Shown here piece after piece: positions 40,075 to 54,367 of a stretch of DNA of 64,000 bases; within the stretch, counting starts at the first letter, position 1, and every line of letters starts with the position of its first letter. Origin of the DNA: Octopus vulgaris (Eukaryota); assembly GCA_951406725.2 (NCBI GenBank), contig OX597825.1:17856001-17920000 (forward strand), written 5' to 3'. The notes beneath the pieces are model-generated. The model did no database searches, had not been told where the DNA came from, and was given only the letters and a program-made list of their open reading frames with translations. The position numbers and the translations under genes were made by a program.

Positions 40075-41734
40075 TTGTTGCGTGCTTCTGAGAAAAATGT
40101 ATGTCTGACAAAAATGAAAGAGAAAGAGAAATTTCTTAGTCTACAGATGTTGAAGGATGCGGACATTTCTAAATGGGGGAAAAAAATTCTTTTCTCAACA
40201 AAGCAGTAACAGTTTCGATAAAATAATGTAATGTGGCTGTTAAGCAATGGCTTCGACCATATTATCAGTTTGACGAATGGATCCCCGTGAAAGATTGAAG
40301 ACTGCGAAAACAAGGAAGCTAGTACTAAACGCACTCACACACACACACACACACATACACATACACATATGTTCTTTTATATCTTTATATGTTTTAGCTC
40401 TTAGTTTATGGCCATGCTGGTGCATCGAATGTATGTTCTTTGTTCACCTGTTGGCTGCGATTTGATACTCTAGAGATGACCATCTCCAAGTGTCGGTTGA
40501 TTAATACACCTGAAAATCATAGTCAACATCTGACAGTTTCATAGGTTCATTTCCAGCGCGTCAGACTCATGCCGACTGCTTAACGGGCAAAGCACATACA
40601 TACATTGTTAACGGGCAAATATACATACATACATTGTTTCTATATATATATATATATATATATATATCAGTATATATAAAGTTTAATCACATATTAATTT
40701 AAATCACTGTTTCATAATTCACACATTATTCGCACATTACATGGTAACATACTGCTATGAAGTTATATTTCGTCAGATTGATGGACAAGCTATGTGGATT
40801 TCGAAAATTAAGTGGGTGAACGTTCGAATCCCCTGCGTAGTAACCCCCAATTTTTCTCCATACGGTGTTTATATACCCTAATTGGCTATTTCCTTAAGTT
40901 GGTAGACTAAAGTTCATTCACACACACACACATATATATATATTATAGTGAAGGGATGTGCTATGATTTGAATTTAGAACATCGATGGATTTTAATTAAT
41001 AAGTTAAGGCATTTAGTTCCACTCAATCTGTAGTGTTTGCATTTGCAAACAACCAGAACTATAAATTATGTTATTAATGCTACACAGAGCGTAATTTAAT
41101 CTGAATATATTTTGATATTTCCTTGGCTATGATTTTCTGAAATCGTAGAATATTCAGTATAATATTATATGTCGGTTAAATTTATATGCGTTTTGACCTA
41201 GGCTTTCCTTTGTCAAACATTAAGTCACTCAAATAATACATACTTATCTTTAGCTAAATCTTCCATATTTTCTCCGTGAATAGATTCCGTAGGATATAGT
41301 TTGATATGTATGACATAATGTTGAAATAAATCTTTAACAAATATTCAGAGGTTAGTTGTTATTGTATACTTTGTATTTAGTAAAAGAAGCTTTATATTAT
41401 AAATTCCTACCGGGGAACTAAATATTGCCGAAGCATGATGTAAGTCAAACGCTGACATTGATGTTATCAACAGAATTTAGTATTTACAGTTAAATCCATA
41501 TAGAAATGAATCAACATAGCAAAAAATGATATTCTTTTTCGATTTGATTCTAATGGAAATTTCTGTAAAAGTAAGCTTTTTGTATCAAATCAAAACAGCT
41601 ACGTACATGATATAAACAGCTGTTTGTGCAAAACACGTTGTTTATTTTCGATTTAATCATGTCAAATAAAGGAGACGAGCGCCCTCTTCAAATCGCATGA
41701 TTTGAATATTTTTACGAGAGACACTTTGCTTATT

Positions 41735-41780
<46 letters not shown>

Positions 41781-41853
41781 CACTACCACTACCACTGCCA
41801 CTGCCACTACTACTACTACTACTGCTAATACTAATACTACTACTACTACTACT
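41735..41853. repeat. (CTA)n/(CCACTA)n microsatellite
   Basis: Direct inspection. Confidence 0.95.
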
Positions 41854-42154
41854 AACCCAAATACATTTTACGAAGTTATGCAAATGGTTTCAGTTTCAAG
41901 GATAGTATTTTAACTAGATTTATTCAATAAGCAGCAAAAAATCAAGTTTTTTGCCCACCATTTTGCCCAGCGTGCTAACGCTTCTGCCAGCTCTCCGCCT
42001 TTATCGACTTCCAAAATATAAAATGCAGGTTGGGCTTCTGTGACACTTTAACTGAGAACGTAAAGAGCTGGGAGAAATGACGCCGGTCATTTTGGTTTTA
42101 CTTTCTGTTTCTCCCAGGTCACTGTCCTTACAATTCTCATAATAATCCATTCTA

Positions 42155-42346
42155 CTATAATTAGGAAGCCTGAAATTTTCTCGGAGCCATGTTAGTCGAT
42201 TACATCACTAACAGTATTTAGCTGCTACTTATGTTATCAACCCAGAAATGATGAAACGTAAAGTCGACCTCGGCGGAATTTGAACTTAGAACTTAAAGAG
42301 CCGGAAGAAATGTCGCTGAACATCTTAGTTTTTTTTCGTTTTATTA

Positions 42347-42405
<59 letters not shown>

Positions 42406-42450
42406 GTATCATATTTGACATTCCAACAGTTCTGCCAGCTCGCTGCCTTT
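42155..42450 (-). mobile_element. SINE family A copy (A2 tail) interrupted by (ATT)n; a further diverged copy or head fragment at 41948-42001
   Basis: aagcctgaaatttt...ttagtcgattacatc...aaagtcgacctcggcggaatttgaactta...(ATT)n...ttctgccagctcgctgcctt. Confidence 0.8.
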
Positions 42451-43371
42451 ACAGCTCTTATAATAATGAAAGTAACCATCGATAAGTAAGCGGGAAGTTA
42501 CTTCTAAGCTGAAATTGCGAAGCATTTTCACTTCATGGATGAAAAACATCATTTTATTTACATCAGTTGATAACCTTCGGGAATGACTGATGAAACAATT
42601 TTCAGTTTTCTCTTCATGCAGAACGTAGAAACATTTCCATCTAATTGAATAAACTGGAAAATATCGCAGAGAATGTGTGATAAGCTCTAGTTCCACCGCT
42701 AAAGCGAAGCGACTCAATTCCCTGATGAAACCAACCCAATACATTTATGTAGCCATAGGGAAATGCATATAAGTTGTGTATATCGCTTTTACATATTACT
42801 GAAGTTAGAGAGAGTGTTTGTACACTTAAAAAGAATAAATGGAATCAGTCAAGCTGTTGAAAACAACATCTAAATTTGACACCATTCTTTAAGCTAAATG
42901 TCATAGAATATAAAAGTTGAATCGACTTTGATCAGACATAATAATATTAAAGATGGAACAGTATTTTAAATGATGAAAATTCACTATATAAATAACGTAT
43001 TACTTTATATGGTAGTTTAAACGGCATGTTTTAGTGTTTTAATCAGCAACCATTCATAACCCAAGCTGTGTGTTTTTGGTACACGGAAGATAAATGACAA
43101 GTTAGACCTCGAAGTGATCATTTATCTGCCTTGGAGGCAGATTGCGATAATAATAAGAGGGTTTAACTCATCTATATAATAATTGTTTTGAAGTTTTAGA
43201 AAAAGATATAGATATACATGTATATACATATGCATATACAAACATGCCTCTAAGCATTTTGCCCGTCCAGATTACTATTCCCGGCAGTTCGCCGCCTCAG
43301 TCCATATATATAATATTACTCTCTCACCCAATCAAATAATACTGACTTGAATAACAATAATGTTAATTCAT

Positions 43372-43543
43372 TCTACTTAAGGTACAGGGTCTAAAATTTT
43401 GGAGAAGAGATATAGTCGACGACAGCCACTCCAGTGCTCGACTGGTATTTATTTTATCGACACAGCAGGAAAGACAATGTCAACCTCGGCCGAATTTGTA
43501 TTCAAAACACAAAGACGGATAGACGGACGAAATGCCGCTAAGC
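43372..43543 (-). mobile_element. SINE family A copy (A2 tail), head truncated
   Basis: aaggtacagggtctaaaattttggag...tagtcgac...actggtatttattttatcgac...gtcaacctcggccgaatttg...gacgaaatgccgctaagc. Confidence 0.75.
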
Positions 43544-43693
43544 TCCCACACATTCGATACAGAACGAAACACACACGCAAGAAACACGAATGCACCTAAA
43601 TACACATAAACAAGCACCGACACGTATGTTTATATACATTCATTCATACATGTGTACATGATACAAACATAGATAGATGGACAGATAGACATG

Positions 43694-43872
43694 TTTCTTT
43701 ATTACCCACACAGGGCTGCACACAGACGGGACAGATTACAAAGTAGAGCTTTTCTTTTGGGGGAGAAAAAAAAGTGGGGTAGGGTTTTCGATCGAAAGGG
43801 ATCGTAAAAGGGAAAGAGAAAAAAGAAAAAAAGAAAGTAAAAAAGAAAGAAAAACGATAAATAGGGATCGTA
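43694..43872 (-). mobile_element. Short 3'-terminal fragment of a probable LINE (L1/Tx1-like 3' UTR) sharing its tail with SINE family A1
   Basis: Sense end tgtcccgtctgtgtgcagccctgtgtgggtaataaagaaa resembles the A1 tail tgtcctctctgtgtttagccccttgtgggtattaaagaaa, but the upstream body is unrelated; flanked by GATA-type repeats on both sides. Confidence 0.55.
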
Positions 43873-44099
43873 GATAGATAGATAGATTGATAGATCGATA
43901 GATTGATAGATAAATAGAGAGATATATAGATAGATATACAGATAAATAGATAGATAGATAGATAGATATATACATACATACATACATACATGCATACATA
44001 CATACATACTGGCTTTGTTCAAATCAAGATGTCGAAATTTTACCCGTGCTCAATCTGAGTACACTAGTGAATCATAGAGTTTACCCCTTCCGCCCCCTC

Positions 44100-44300
44100 C
44101 TGTCCATACAAACAAAAAATGGTCAAATCTGAAGATGTAACATCTTGACACAAGCTCCAAGCGAATGGAGTATGTGCCAACTATTTTTACAATTAATCTC
44201 TTCAAAGTTGGATCAAAACATATCTACGGTGTGTGGCCATGAGCTGTCATGGTGGGAAACGAACAATGGCATCCATTCGATTGAACGATAAAAAAGTGCT
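44100..44300 (-). mobile_element. Decayed mariner/Tc1 transposase fragment
   Basis: Minus-strand HHDSSWPHT (HHDNARPHT) followed at the expected spacing by CQDVTSSDL (SPDLAPSDF/Y). Confidence 0.55.
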
Positions 44301-45222
44301 ACTCCTACATTTTTTCACTCGGTCCTTTGAATTATTCTCAGTACATTTGAAGTGTAAGATTTTAATTAAGTGGTAGTTTTTTCGAAGTAAATAAAACACC
44401 TATTATATCCTAACAAACGGACAACACAGAATTCTTTTTTTCAAGATATTACCTAGTTTGCTGGCCCGAATTGGTACAAACTGTGATTATTCTGAGTGAA
44501 AAGCTATTCAAGTTTTGGTATTCACTTTCACAGAATCAATTAGCCAAAATTAGGCACCGTACCAAGTTTTCGCAAATGATGATGGCCCATAAATAATGAG
44601 GAATTAAGCATTTTTGCAACATAGTTACATTTTTTTTAAAGCGCTGCCGGCAGATATTCTTCACAAAGTTGTGACGCCCACAGTGATGAGAAATATTCGA
44701 GAAAATTATTTTTGGAAATTTTCGGCAATACTTTTGGCAGTTTCTCTCATTGAAAACAATTCAAATATATATAATGATTCTAAATTTTGTACAGGAGTGT
44801 TTGTGCCACATTCATTTCTTTTGATCATATAAAGCATATTTTTTATATGCCCTTGTTAACCTCAAAAGTTGCTTTGGGTTAAACAAGCATTAATTAATGT
44901 ACAGTTTGAAGGATGATGGTCACGTTTAGAATTCAGTTTCGTTTGTGTGTGTGTAGCAATGTTAAGGAAATGTATAAACATTGCTTTATCACAAAGCGAT
45001 AAAAACTTGAAAGAGATGAATTACCAAGAAGCAATATTTGTCTGACTTCTTATATATGTGCTTACAAAAGTATGCTTATGTACACACAGACACGAACACA
45101 AACACAAGACATATTTATATGCATGCACACGCACGAACACGCACACACACCTAGGTATGTTTCAGACATTCTTGACAGATAGAATGCGGTGATGCCGAAA
45201 TATATATTTATATATATATATA

Positions 45223-45298
<76 letters not shown>

Positions 45299-45306
45299 AT
45301 ATATAT

Positions 45307-45369
<63 letters not shown>

Positions 45370-46261
45370 GTATAATACGAAATTTGGTTGTTATATGCAA
45401 TACTTTTAAACTCAGTAAGAAAATTATATATTCTCCTTATATTTCTTCATTCTAGTTATTTCTTTATGCATTATATAAAAAGCATTCTTCTCTCTCTTAC
45501 CTCATTCCAAGTTGCAAGTGATACATTTTGAAAACGGAAGTTCATTTTCATAATTGTTTTTTAATATTTGTTCATAGGTCACGATATAAATATACTTCGT
45601 ATTTTATATAAGTTTATAATCACTTACGTTTCTCATACACATATGCACAAAGGAAATAAAAATATTTTTCTAAGTTTTGCAATGACTGTTTTCCACAAAA
45701 ATGCAGGGGTTTATATGAAATGAGTAGCTATCATTTCTCTTCCCTATTGCTGTTGTATATAATACACACACACACCCTCTCTCTCTCACACGCACCCACT
45801 CACACACACACGCACGCAAGCGCGAGCATTCTAGGCTCATTAGACTATTCTGTCTGTAATTGGCTAAACGCCTGAAGTAGATTTATTGCAGGTAACCAAT
45901 TCTCAGTGAGTAATGGTCTCCCATTCAAAGTATGCGACACAAAATATTCTATAGATATATGTAACGCACGCACAAACAGACAGACAGACACACACACACA
46001 CACATACAGAGAGGGTAAAATAAAGATATGTATAGATATAAGTCTGTGTGCACTTACACGTCTCCACGCATGTGAATATAAACACATACACACAAAAAAG
46101 AATATATATATATGTATATACATGTATATATATATATATGTATGTATATATATATATATGTTAGTATGTGTGTGTGAGTATGTAAATGTATATACATATG
46201 TAAATATTTATAGATCATATATATATCTATATCTACCTATCTATTTAGCTATCTATCTATA

Positions 46262-46339
<78 letters not shown>

Positions 46340-46904
46340 CGTATGAATATATATATAATTGTGTGTATATATACATATATATCTGTATATACTATATCTA
46401 CAAATACACATGCACACACAGACACACACACGAAAACACACCCACATACTCACACACACCCACTCACACACACGTACACATGCGCGGGCGCTCATACATA
46501 TAGAGCCAAATATCAAAGATTTTATCAGTTTTTCTCCGTTGTATTTTCCTACCTGGCGTCTGTCCCGCAAGACAAGTTTCGCTATAATGTCAATACCTCT
46601 CCAAACACACCGACCCCTCGCCATGTAAATATCGCCAGTTTTGCTTACCTTTCCTTAATTCCATGTCTTCTTTCTTTCTCCTTCTTTCCTTTGTTCAATT
46701 TCTCCTCATTCTTCCTTAGACTATTCGGTTTTTTTCGTTTCACTGTTGTCTTCTGATTTTCTTTCATTCCTAATCTGATCTTCATGTCATATCGCCGCAT
46801 CTGCTGTAATTTCTTTTTTTTTTTATTGTCTCTTTTCTTTCTTATTTTCTCTTGATTAATTTCTATAAGCAACAGATAATATCTCATCTCTAGTTCCCAT
46901 AAAG

Positions 46905-47045
46905 TTTTTGTTGTTTTCTTCTTGTTCTTGTTCTTGTTCTTCTCTTCCTCCTCCTCCTCCTTTTTCTTCTTCTTCTTCTTCTTCTTCTACTTCATCTACT
47001 TGTTGTTGTTGCTCTTCTTGTTCTTGTTCTTGTCCTTGTTGTTGT

Positions 47046-47077
<32 letters not shown>

Positions 47078-47317
47078 TTCTCCTCCTCCTTCTCCTTCTT
47101 CTTCTTCTTCTTCTTCATCATCACCATCATAATCATCATCATATTCCTATTCTTCTCCTTGTACTACTCGTTTTCTTCTTTCTCTTCTTTTTCATCATCA
47201 TTATCATCATTACGAAGGCTGCGAGCGAGTAGAATTCACTTAGCCCCTCAACCGAAATTGCTGGCTTTGTGCCAAAATTTGAAACCATTGCTGTTGCACT
47301 TCAACTACTACTACTAT

Positions 47318-47370
<53 letters not shown>

Positions 47371-47375
47371 GCAGT
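46905..47375. repeat. (TTC)n/(TTG)n/(TCC)n and (CTA)n microsatellites around an internally deleted family A relic (47216-47288)
   Basis: Direct inspection; aaggctgcgagc...gctggctttgtgccaaaatttgaaacc joins a family A head to an A2 tail. Confidence 0.85.
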
Positions 47376-48082
47376 AGCAGTGGCTGCATCACATCAGTAA
47401 TATCCTTATGAGAAAGAAATGGAGGATGTGGAAGATGCTGAGGAAGAAAATCGTATACAATGAAATACTGCTCCAGCATATCAGGCGTTGCTACTAAGAC
47501 ACTCACTGTCAAAGGAAAGCGACTCCAGCGACAACGCCACACAGAGACACATCCCATCCCACTGACTGTCAGTCTTTACTCCCGCTGTTATAGTGACACA
47601 TTCATCTGCATTCCTTTTGTCACCTCTATTCTTTACTCCCAGTTTCTGCAATTATCAATTCGACCATTCCCTCCGCCTACCAATGTTAATCCTATGAAAT
47701 GTCTTCTTCACCTATTTTTCTCTGATTATTTTTCCTCCTTTTTGTTTTAGATTTTGTCATTTTGCCGGTGACTGGACGTCTTGCTGTTGTGAAACTGTTA
47801 CGTCGCACGTCCGGATGCCTTCTACTCAACTCGACTTTACTCTCTACTCTGTTCTAGTCTCTACTACTCTACTGACGTCTAAGATTTACCACCTATATCT
47901 ACGTATTGGGCTAGCCTACTTCATCGTCTGAGGGCGTCCTCACAACAGAAACTCAACGCCATCGACGGACCTGAGAATGCCAAGACCGTAACTCTTTTAC
48001 TGGTTAAAAATAAATGAAAAATTAATAGAAAAAGTGAATTGGAGCACTCGACCGTTTTTGTCTGCTAATATTTAGTTACATC

Positions 48083-48335
48083 GTGGCATGGCTGTGTGAT
48101 GAGCCCATGGTCCCAGATTCAGATCCGGGTTAACTAAAGCCTTGCGAATAGATATGGTAGACCGGAACTGAAAGAAGCCTGTGGCATATATTTATATTCG
48201 TGACGTTGTGTTTGTGCTTATCTCCAACCACCTCTTAACAGCCGACTTAGGTATGTTTACGGTTCCGTTGTGGTTTATCAAAATGAATCTCATAAAATAA
48301 AATCCAGGTTTAGAAAAATGAAATTACTGGGGGTA
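48083..48335 (+). mobile_element. Diverged, internally deleted SINE family C copy
   Basis: ggcatggctgtgtg...catggtcccagattcag...ctaaagccttgcgaatagatatggtagaccggaactgaaagaagcc. Confidence 0.7.
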
Positions 48336-49332
48336 ATTTAAACAAGTAAAAAGTAATTTAAACAAATAAAAAGAGAAGATAACAGTTCTCTTAAAATATA
48401 ATCGACTTTGCATTTTTCTAAATGTCTGCGAGAGCGATAATCTTATTATCTCCCCTTATGAACAGAAAACGTTACTTTCCAAAATACACAATAACAATGT
48501 AAGTGAGTAAAGCGAAGACTCTGTGAAGATTCAATATAGTAACTTTCTATATAATATTTGTATAGAACGCTACACGTTGTCTTCCATCTTTACTAACACA
48601 CTAATTCAACAATTCTCATCCTCTTTAATTATTATTTCATTTATTTTCTCCTAGGCATCTACACATTTAGCTCGGTATAATTAATTTTAGATTTTAAAGA
48701 TTTATTGCCGCACCTATGATAGGTTTTTGCACTATAACTCTTGTATTAAGATGCCGAATCGCAGCCTAAGCTGATTACTATAAAGTCTTCCATAAATCAT
48801 TTAAAGAAATAAATTACATACCCATAAGAATTGAAATATTGGAAGGAGCTTTTCTAATTATTTTATTGTTTAATCACGGATCGATTTGCTTTTGCATAGA
48901 TAATACTTATATAATATTTGCATGTCCTCCGGGATTTCAATTCTGTTCGTATGTCTCCTGTCATCTACAGCTTGATAACTTAATCAAAAATATATATTTA
49001 TCTGGTTTCTACATCGCTGACACTGCAATTCAATGACATTTTGAAATTTCAAGTTCTGTTATTAATATATATATATTACAAATACTCAGCTAGTTGAGAG
49101 GTTTTCGTAAGACAAGGTTATATTTTCATCAAGTTTGTTTATGTGTGTCTCTGTTATATATGCCTAAAGAAAAACAAAATATGAATCCATCTACACTCAT
49201 AATAATGATCAGTAAAGTTTGTGGAATATATTGCGAAAAATTACTGCACAACGAAGCACGGTTATAAGTAATTACTGTTTGAAGAATATTTCGGAAAAGA
49301 GTGCATTCATGTTTTAATATAATTAATGTAGT

Positions 49333-49551
49333 AAGGCAGCGAGCTGGCAGCATCTTTAGAAACTCCAAGCAAAATGCGAAAAGGCATTTCGTCCGTCTTT
49401 ACGTTCTGAGTTCAAATTTCGCCTAGGTAGACTTTGTATTTCTTTTTTTGGTGGGGGGATAGAATACGGAGCAGCTGAACACTGGGGTCGATGTAATCGA
49501 CTTAGCCTCCTCCTCCGACTTGCTGGCCTTGTACCAAAGCGTGAAACCAAT
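49333..49551 (+). mobile_element. Full-length SINE family A copy (A2 tail)
   Basis: aaggcagcgagctggcag...tttcgtccgtctttacgttctgagttcaaatttcgcc...actggggtcgatgtaatcgactta...tgctggccttgtaccaaa. Confidence 0.85.
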
Positions 49552-50231
49552 ATAATTAATTCAATGATAACTCTTTTTCCTCTATACTAAATACAACTAT
49601 ATGATGGTCAATCACAGGGGAGTCTTTTTAAACGATATCCAAAAGATTTTTAGATTTTACAGGTAAGAAAGCTTCATGAAATATATTTTATATAAGGAGA
49701 CAGTAGCTTTACCTTTATATATTATTCTTGAACATTCGTTTTTAGTGTTTCTAATTGGGTTTAGCTGTGTATACAAATATAATTAGCCTTGCTCAAAGAT
49801 GCACAAAACAGAAATGTTCGTAAAATTCGTATATAGAATGTATGTAATATGTAAGAAATTCGACATTACTCTCTGTCTTGCATTGCTGAAGATAATACTG
49901 TTATGTACAGCAAGCAACAGCTATTTCTACTTCTTGTTTCTTGTGTATGTAGAGGAATTCTCACTACTCAATAATTGCAGTAGAGGCCAGGAACCATTAA
50001 AATTTTAGCTAATGAAATCCAGGGCTCTATCGACAGTACAGATTGTGAATTTCTTTAATGAGTATACAGAAGAGGGAAATAAAATAATCTAAAAGGAGAA
50101 TTGAAAACCTGCTCCGGAATCGGTTCACTGGCATCTTACCTTCACTTTTCTATGCTCGTGAGCATTTTGGAAAAAGAAGTATCAAAAAATTCTTTATTGT
50201 CATTATTAATTGGGAACAGTTTTTTGTTTGG

Positions 50232-50366
50232 TTTCAGCTTTTGATAATCTTAACTGCGATAAATTTAGTATCAGCTTTTGAGCTTTTGATAATCTCAGCT
50301 TTTCAGCTTTTGAACTTTTGATAATTTTCGGCTTTTGATAATCTTAATTGCGATAAAATTGCTTTT
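50232..50366 (+). repeat. Irregular minisatellite of (CA)GCTTTT(GATAAT) units
   Basis: About eight GCTTTT/ACTTTT cores; gcttttgataatcttaa.tgcgataaa occurs twice. Confidence 0.8.
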
Positions 50367-52900
50367 TGGGGGTCTCATAGCAAATGACTTTAGTATGAAA
50401 AGTAGCTATAAAATACTTGCTGTTAAAAAATTTTCTACTTGATAATTTATTTGATCTCACATTCCTGTCTCTCTTATTTCGTCTCGAAAAGAATACTTTT
50501 CTAAGATGATGACAATATAAATTAATTGTTCAATGTAATGAAACACAATATGATCCTGTATTACAAAACCTTGAGTTCCAGGAATATTCTCTTGTTGCCA
50601 TAGCGACATTTCATCAGAAGACACGACATTGTTGCATAATATAAAACAAAAAGAACAGTACCAACAAGATCAGCTACAACAATAAGAGCATTAATACGAG
50701 CAAGGAATAACAACAACAACGACAACAACTACAGAAGCAGCAATAACAACAACAACAATAACAAAATGAACTGACGAATGCTAAAGCAACGAACATTGTA
50801 AGCTAATCAGAATAAAAAAAATACAAACAAATAGCAAGAGAAGATTAAATTTAAAATTGCGTAATAATAACTAAATGAGAGTCAACAGAACAATCCTTAA
50901 AACAAAAGAGAGATATAATACATATGCTCAAAGAAACACTCTCGGCATTTCATTTATATGCATACAATATTTGTTATGGCCACATAATATGTGGTGTTGG
51001 AGATGGCAGAAGGTTAGAGGACACAGCTAAGAAACCAGCAATAAAGGTGTTATTCGTGACTCTAAAACGAGAGAAGATAATGAGAGAAAATTACTATAGA
51101 ATGTGTTCGCGAAGTTTCTTTATAGTTAATAGATACAGGAAGCTATTACAGAATATGAGAAAGCGGTTCAAAGGGGAAAACTTACAGCAGGAGTGAAAAC
51201 GGAGTTAGTTAAATCAGATTCGTTAAATATCTGTAGGAGAATGTGAGGGGAAAGAGCATTTGCAAAGATCAAGTACGGATTGTTAAGAATAAAAATCTGG
51301 CACAGGGAAACGACAAAGGAACATAGAAGACAATAGGCAAAAACACAGAACAGACACGGACACGTTCCATCCCTCATCAGATATCGACCAAATATCACCG
51401 CAATGGCGACACCTCGGATAATATTGTTAAATTTGATGGCGTCAGCTTCATAAACTGCTGGGGTGGGAATTAGCGAATATGGAAGACCAACATGAACAGA
51501 AAAATTTAGGCGTGTACCATAAAAGAATATATTAGGTTTCACCACCGGACAGTAAATAAAGATGAGGTATGAGCAGAATGAAACAGAACTATTTATTAAG
51601 ATTAAGGCAACTTAAATATAATTTAAATGATATTCAGGAAAAGTAAGAATATTGTATAAATGAATATACTAACGGTTAGAGATAAAAATAAAGGGGAAAT
51701 AAAGCATTTTTATAATAAATACTATGAAATGTCAGAAATGTTAAATAGTTGTTAATTTGTTAGGAGTTAGAAATGTTAGGAGAACGTCAATGTCAATAAG
51801 GTTTTTGGGGGAATAGTAACTATAGAAGAAACTTAACGAATGTTGAGAGGATTCTGTGCAGAAAGTAATAATGTAAGAGAACTGTGTGAGAGAAGTTCTT
51901 TAATTGGTTTATTGAAGAAATATGGGAAGAGTAAACACTACAAAATCAAAATGTATGGAGCGATGAGTGTTAGAAGAAATCGAAATTTTGTACAAATGTT
52001 AGATTACATTTGGCAAGAAATGATATCATTCAAAAGGTTATTAGAAGATGCTCGTCCTGAACTTACCAATTTTACAAAAGTGGAACACGTATCTAAATGT
52101 TTGGCAAAAACTAGCGATGCCACGCAAGTTGTGTAGTAAAATAACGACAAATCCACCGGCAATGACATCACACAGTGTTTGACGAACGCTAATCATGTAG
52201 TTATAATTGTTTAGTCTTAAGTCGTCTTTGATTCAGCAGATTTATAAACTGACACATTCTAGTCACGTGCACTCCACATGTTCATGGATACCTCAGCGTA
52301 TATTTTCCGATATATTCAGTTCTTCTTCAAGAAGATGGAATCCGATATGAGCACTAATTTTCTTTATTTTCCAAAAAGTCGAGCAATCTCATACACGCAG
52401 ATTGCTCGATCGTAATTATATAGAACATTTTGCACCATATGTAATTAAAAGAAATGTATTTAAACGCTGATTTAACACTGATGTTTACTGAGTCTACTAA
52501 TTTCAGAAAGTTCATACAATTTGTATTTTACTCTATCGCATGAGGTCTGTATGAGAGATATCAAAAATGTGGAATTATGAAAAAACACGTCAATTCACAA
52601 ATTTCCCTCTTATATCAAAAACGCATTCTACGTTTGAGGAAATGATGGTATTACTGCGTAAGTCCTATAATGACTAATCTATTGATAGATATTTGATGTA
52701 TGTAAGTTTGGACACTTAATATGAGGTATGGAGTCAACCCGTGACCAAATAGATATAAATTTATACGATCATAACAAGTGTCGGTTGTCTCTACTTCATG
52801 TAACCGAACCGATTTGAGGGTGTAATTTATTCTATAAATACTATTTTACGTATATGAAATATATATCTCAAGTATATACATATACATGCATACATATATG

Positions 52901-52945
<45 letters not shown>

Positions 52946-53159
52946 TTTATTTAAAGCAGCAGAAAATTCAACAAAACCTGCTGGGGGGGGGAGAAATGGA
53001 AAGCGGGAGAGAGAGGAAAAATTATTATACCATTTTCTTCACTTCTATTTTGAATATGTATATGTGATATTTCCTTTGATAATATGTAATAGCTTATATA
53101 CTTTGCTATCAAGGCATATAAATAATAGATAAATTCTGAAAACACTGATTAACGTCATT

Positions 53160-53172
53160 AATATTATTGTTA

Positions 53173-53251
<79 letters not shown>

Positions 53252-53377
53252 TATTATAATAATTATTATTTTTATTATCATAATTATTATTATTATTATT
53301 ATTATTAATATTATCATTATCATTATCATTATTATTATAATTATTATTATTATTATTATTGCTATTATTATTATTAA

Positions 53378-53421
<44 letters not shown>
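53160..53421. repeat. (ATT)n microsatellite followed by very diverged family A-like relics (about 53422-53850)
   Basis: Direct inspection; the relics end in ggccttgcgcctaata and gacttgtgcctatattagaaa, like the A2 tail. Confidence 0.85.
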
Positions 53422-53423
<2 letters not shown>

Positions 53424-54116
53424 GGGGGGTAGTACATTAGCAGGATCATTAAAGCATCGGCCAAAAGTCCTTTTGGTATTTAGCCCTAATTTTTACACTC
53501 TGTTGTTCAAATGCCATTCAAGTCTACTGGGATGGAAAAATAATGTTGCCGACAAGTACTTAGGCTCTTTGTCTCAATAACTCCCGCCATAAATGGTGTG
53601 GCCTTGCGCCTAATATTTTAATAATTACTAACGTTCTTATGAGTATCATTATCATTCTCATTACAAGTAGTGTATTTGCAGGAACGGTAGATTTACGCAG
53701 AAATCCCTTTATATTATATGCAGAATTCCAATTTCTGTCACCTTTTCCTTTTGGGATAGATAAAATGAATATCTATTGAGTATTAACTAGCTATAATTGT
53801 CAATATATTTTCTCATCGTATGCGAAGACTTGTGCCTATATTAGAAAATTATTACTGCTGATACTATTGTCGAAAATTACCATAGTGTGCAACGCTGCAT
53901 ATTAACAGGAACATTTCAGAACCTGCAACATAATTACACCATTTTATTCCATGAATTTAATTATTATTTAATCGACGTGGTATTTGTAAACCTTCATCTG
54001 AGATTTGATTATGCACGTGTTTGGCATGAACTGGAGTTATTTACTTGTTTCACAACCTTGTTAAGAATGTGTGAATTTGGTTTATTTTTGCATATCAACA
54101 TTATACTGCTGTGTAG

Positions 54117-54305
54117 CAGACATGGCTGCGTGGTAAGAAGTTTGATTTCAAACCACTTGGTTTTTAAATTCAGTCAAACTGCGTTAGTACCGTGGGTAAG
54201 TATCTTGTAGTGGAGTTCCGAGACTGTCAAAGGCTTTTGAGTAGATTTGTGGATTTTGATAGACGGAAACTGAAATATGTGTGTCCAGTATGAGTATGTG
54301 TGTGT

Positions 54306-54367
<62 letters not shown>

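Noticed and set aside
46908-47132. Ser/Cys/Pro-rich ORF resembling a metallothionein or keratin-associated protein
   Set aside because: Encoded by (TTC)/(TTG)/(TCC) microsatellite.
47796-47992. Possible solo LTR (TGTTACG...CGTAAC)
   Set aside because: The terminal A is missing, there is no matching TSD, and there is no second copy in the window.
50232-50366. CRISPR-like repeat array
   Set aside because: Units are irregular with no unique spacers, and the context is eukaryotic.
51168-52136. 125-aa and 98-aa non-repetitive ORFs
   Set aside because: No recognisable motif, opposite strands, no consistent splice structure; compatible with chance or decayed transposon sequence.
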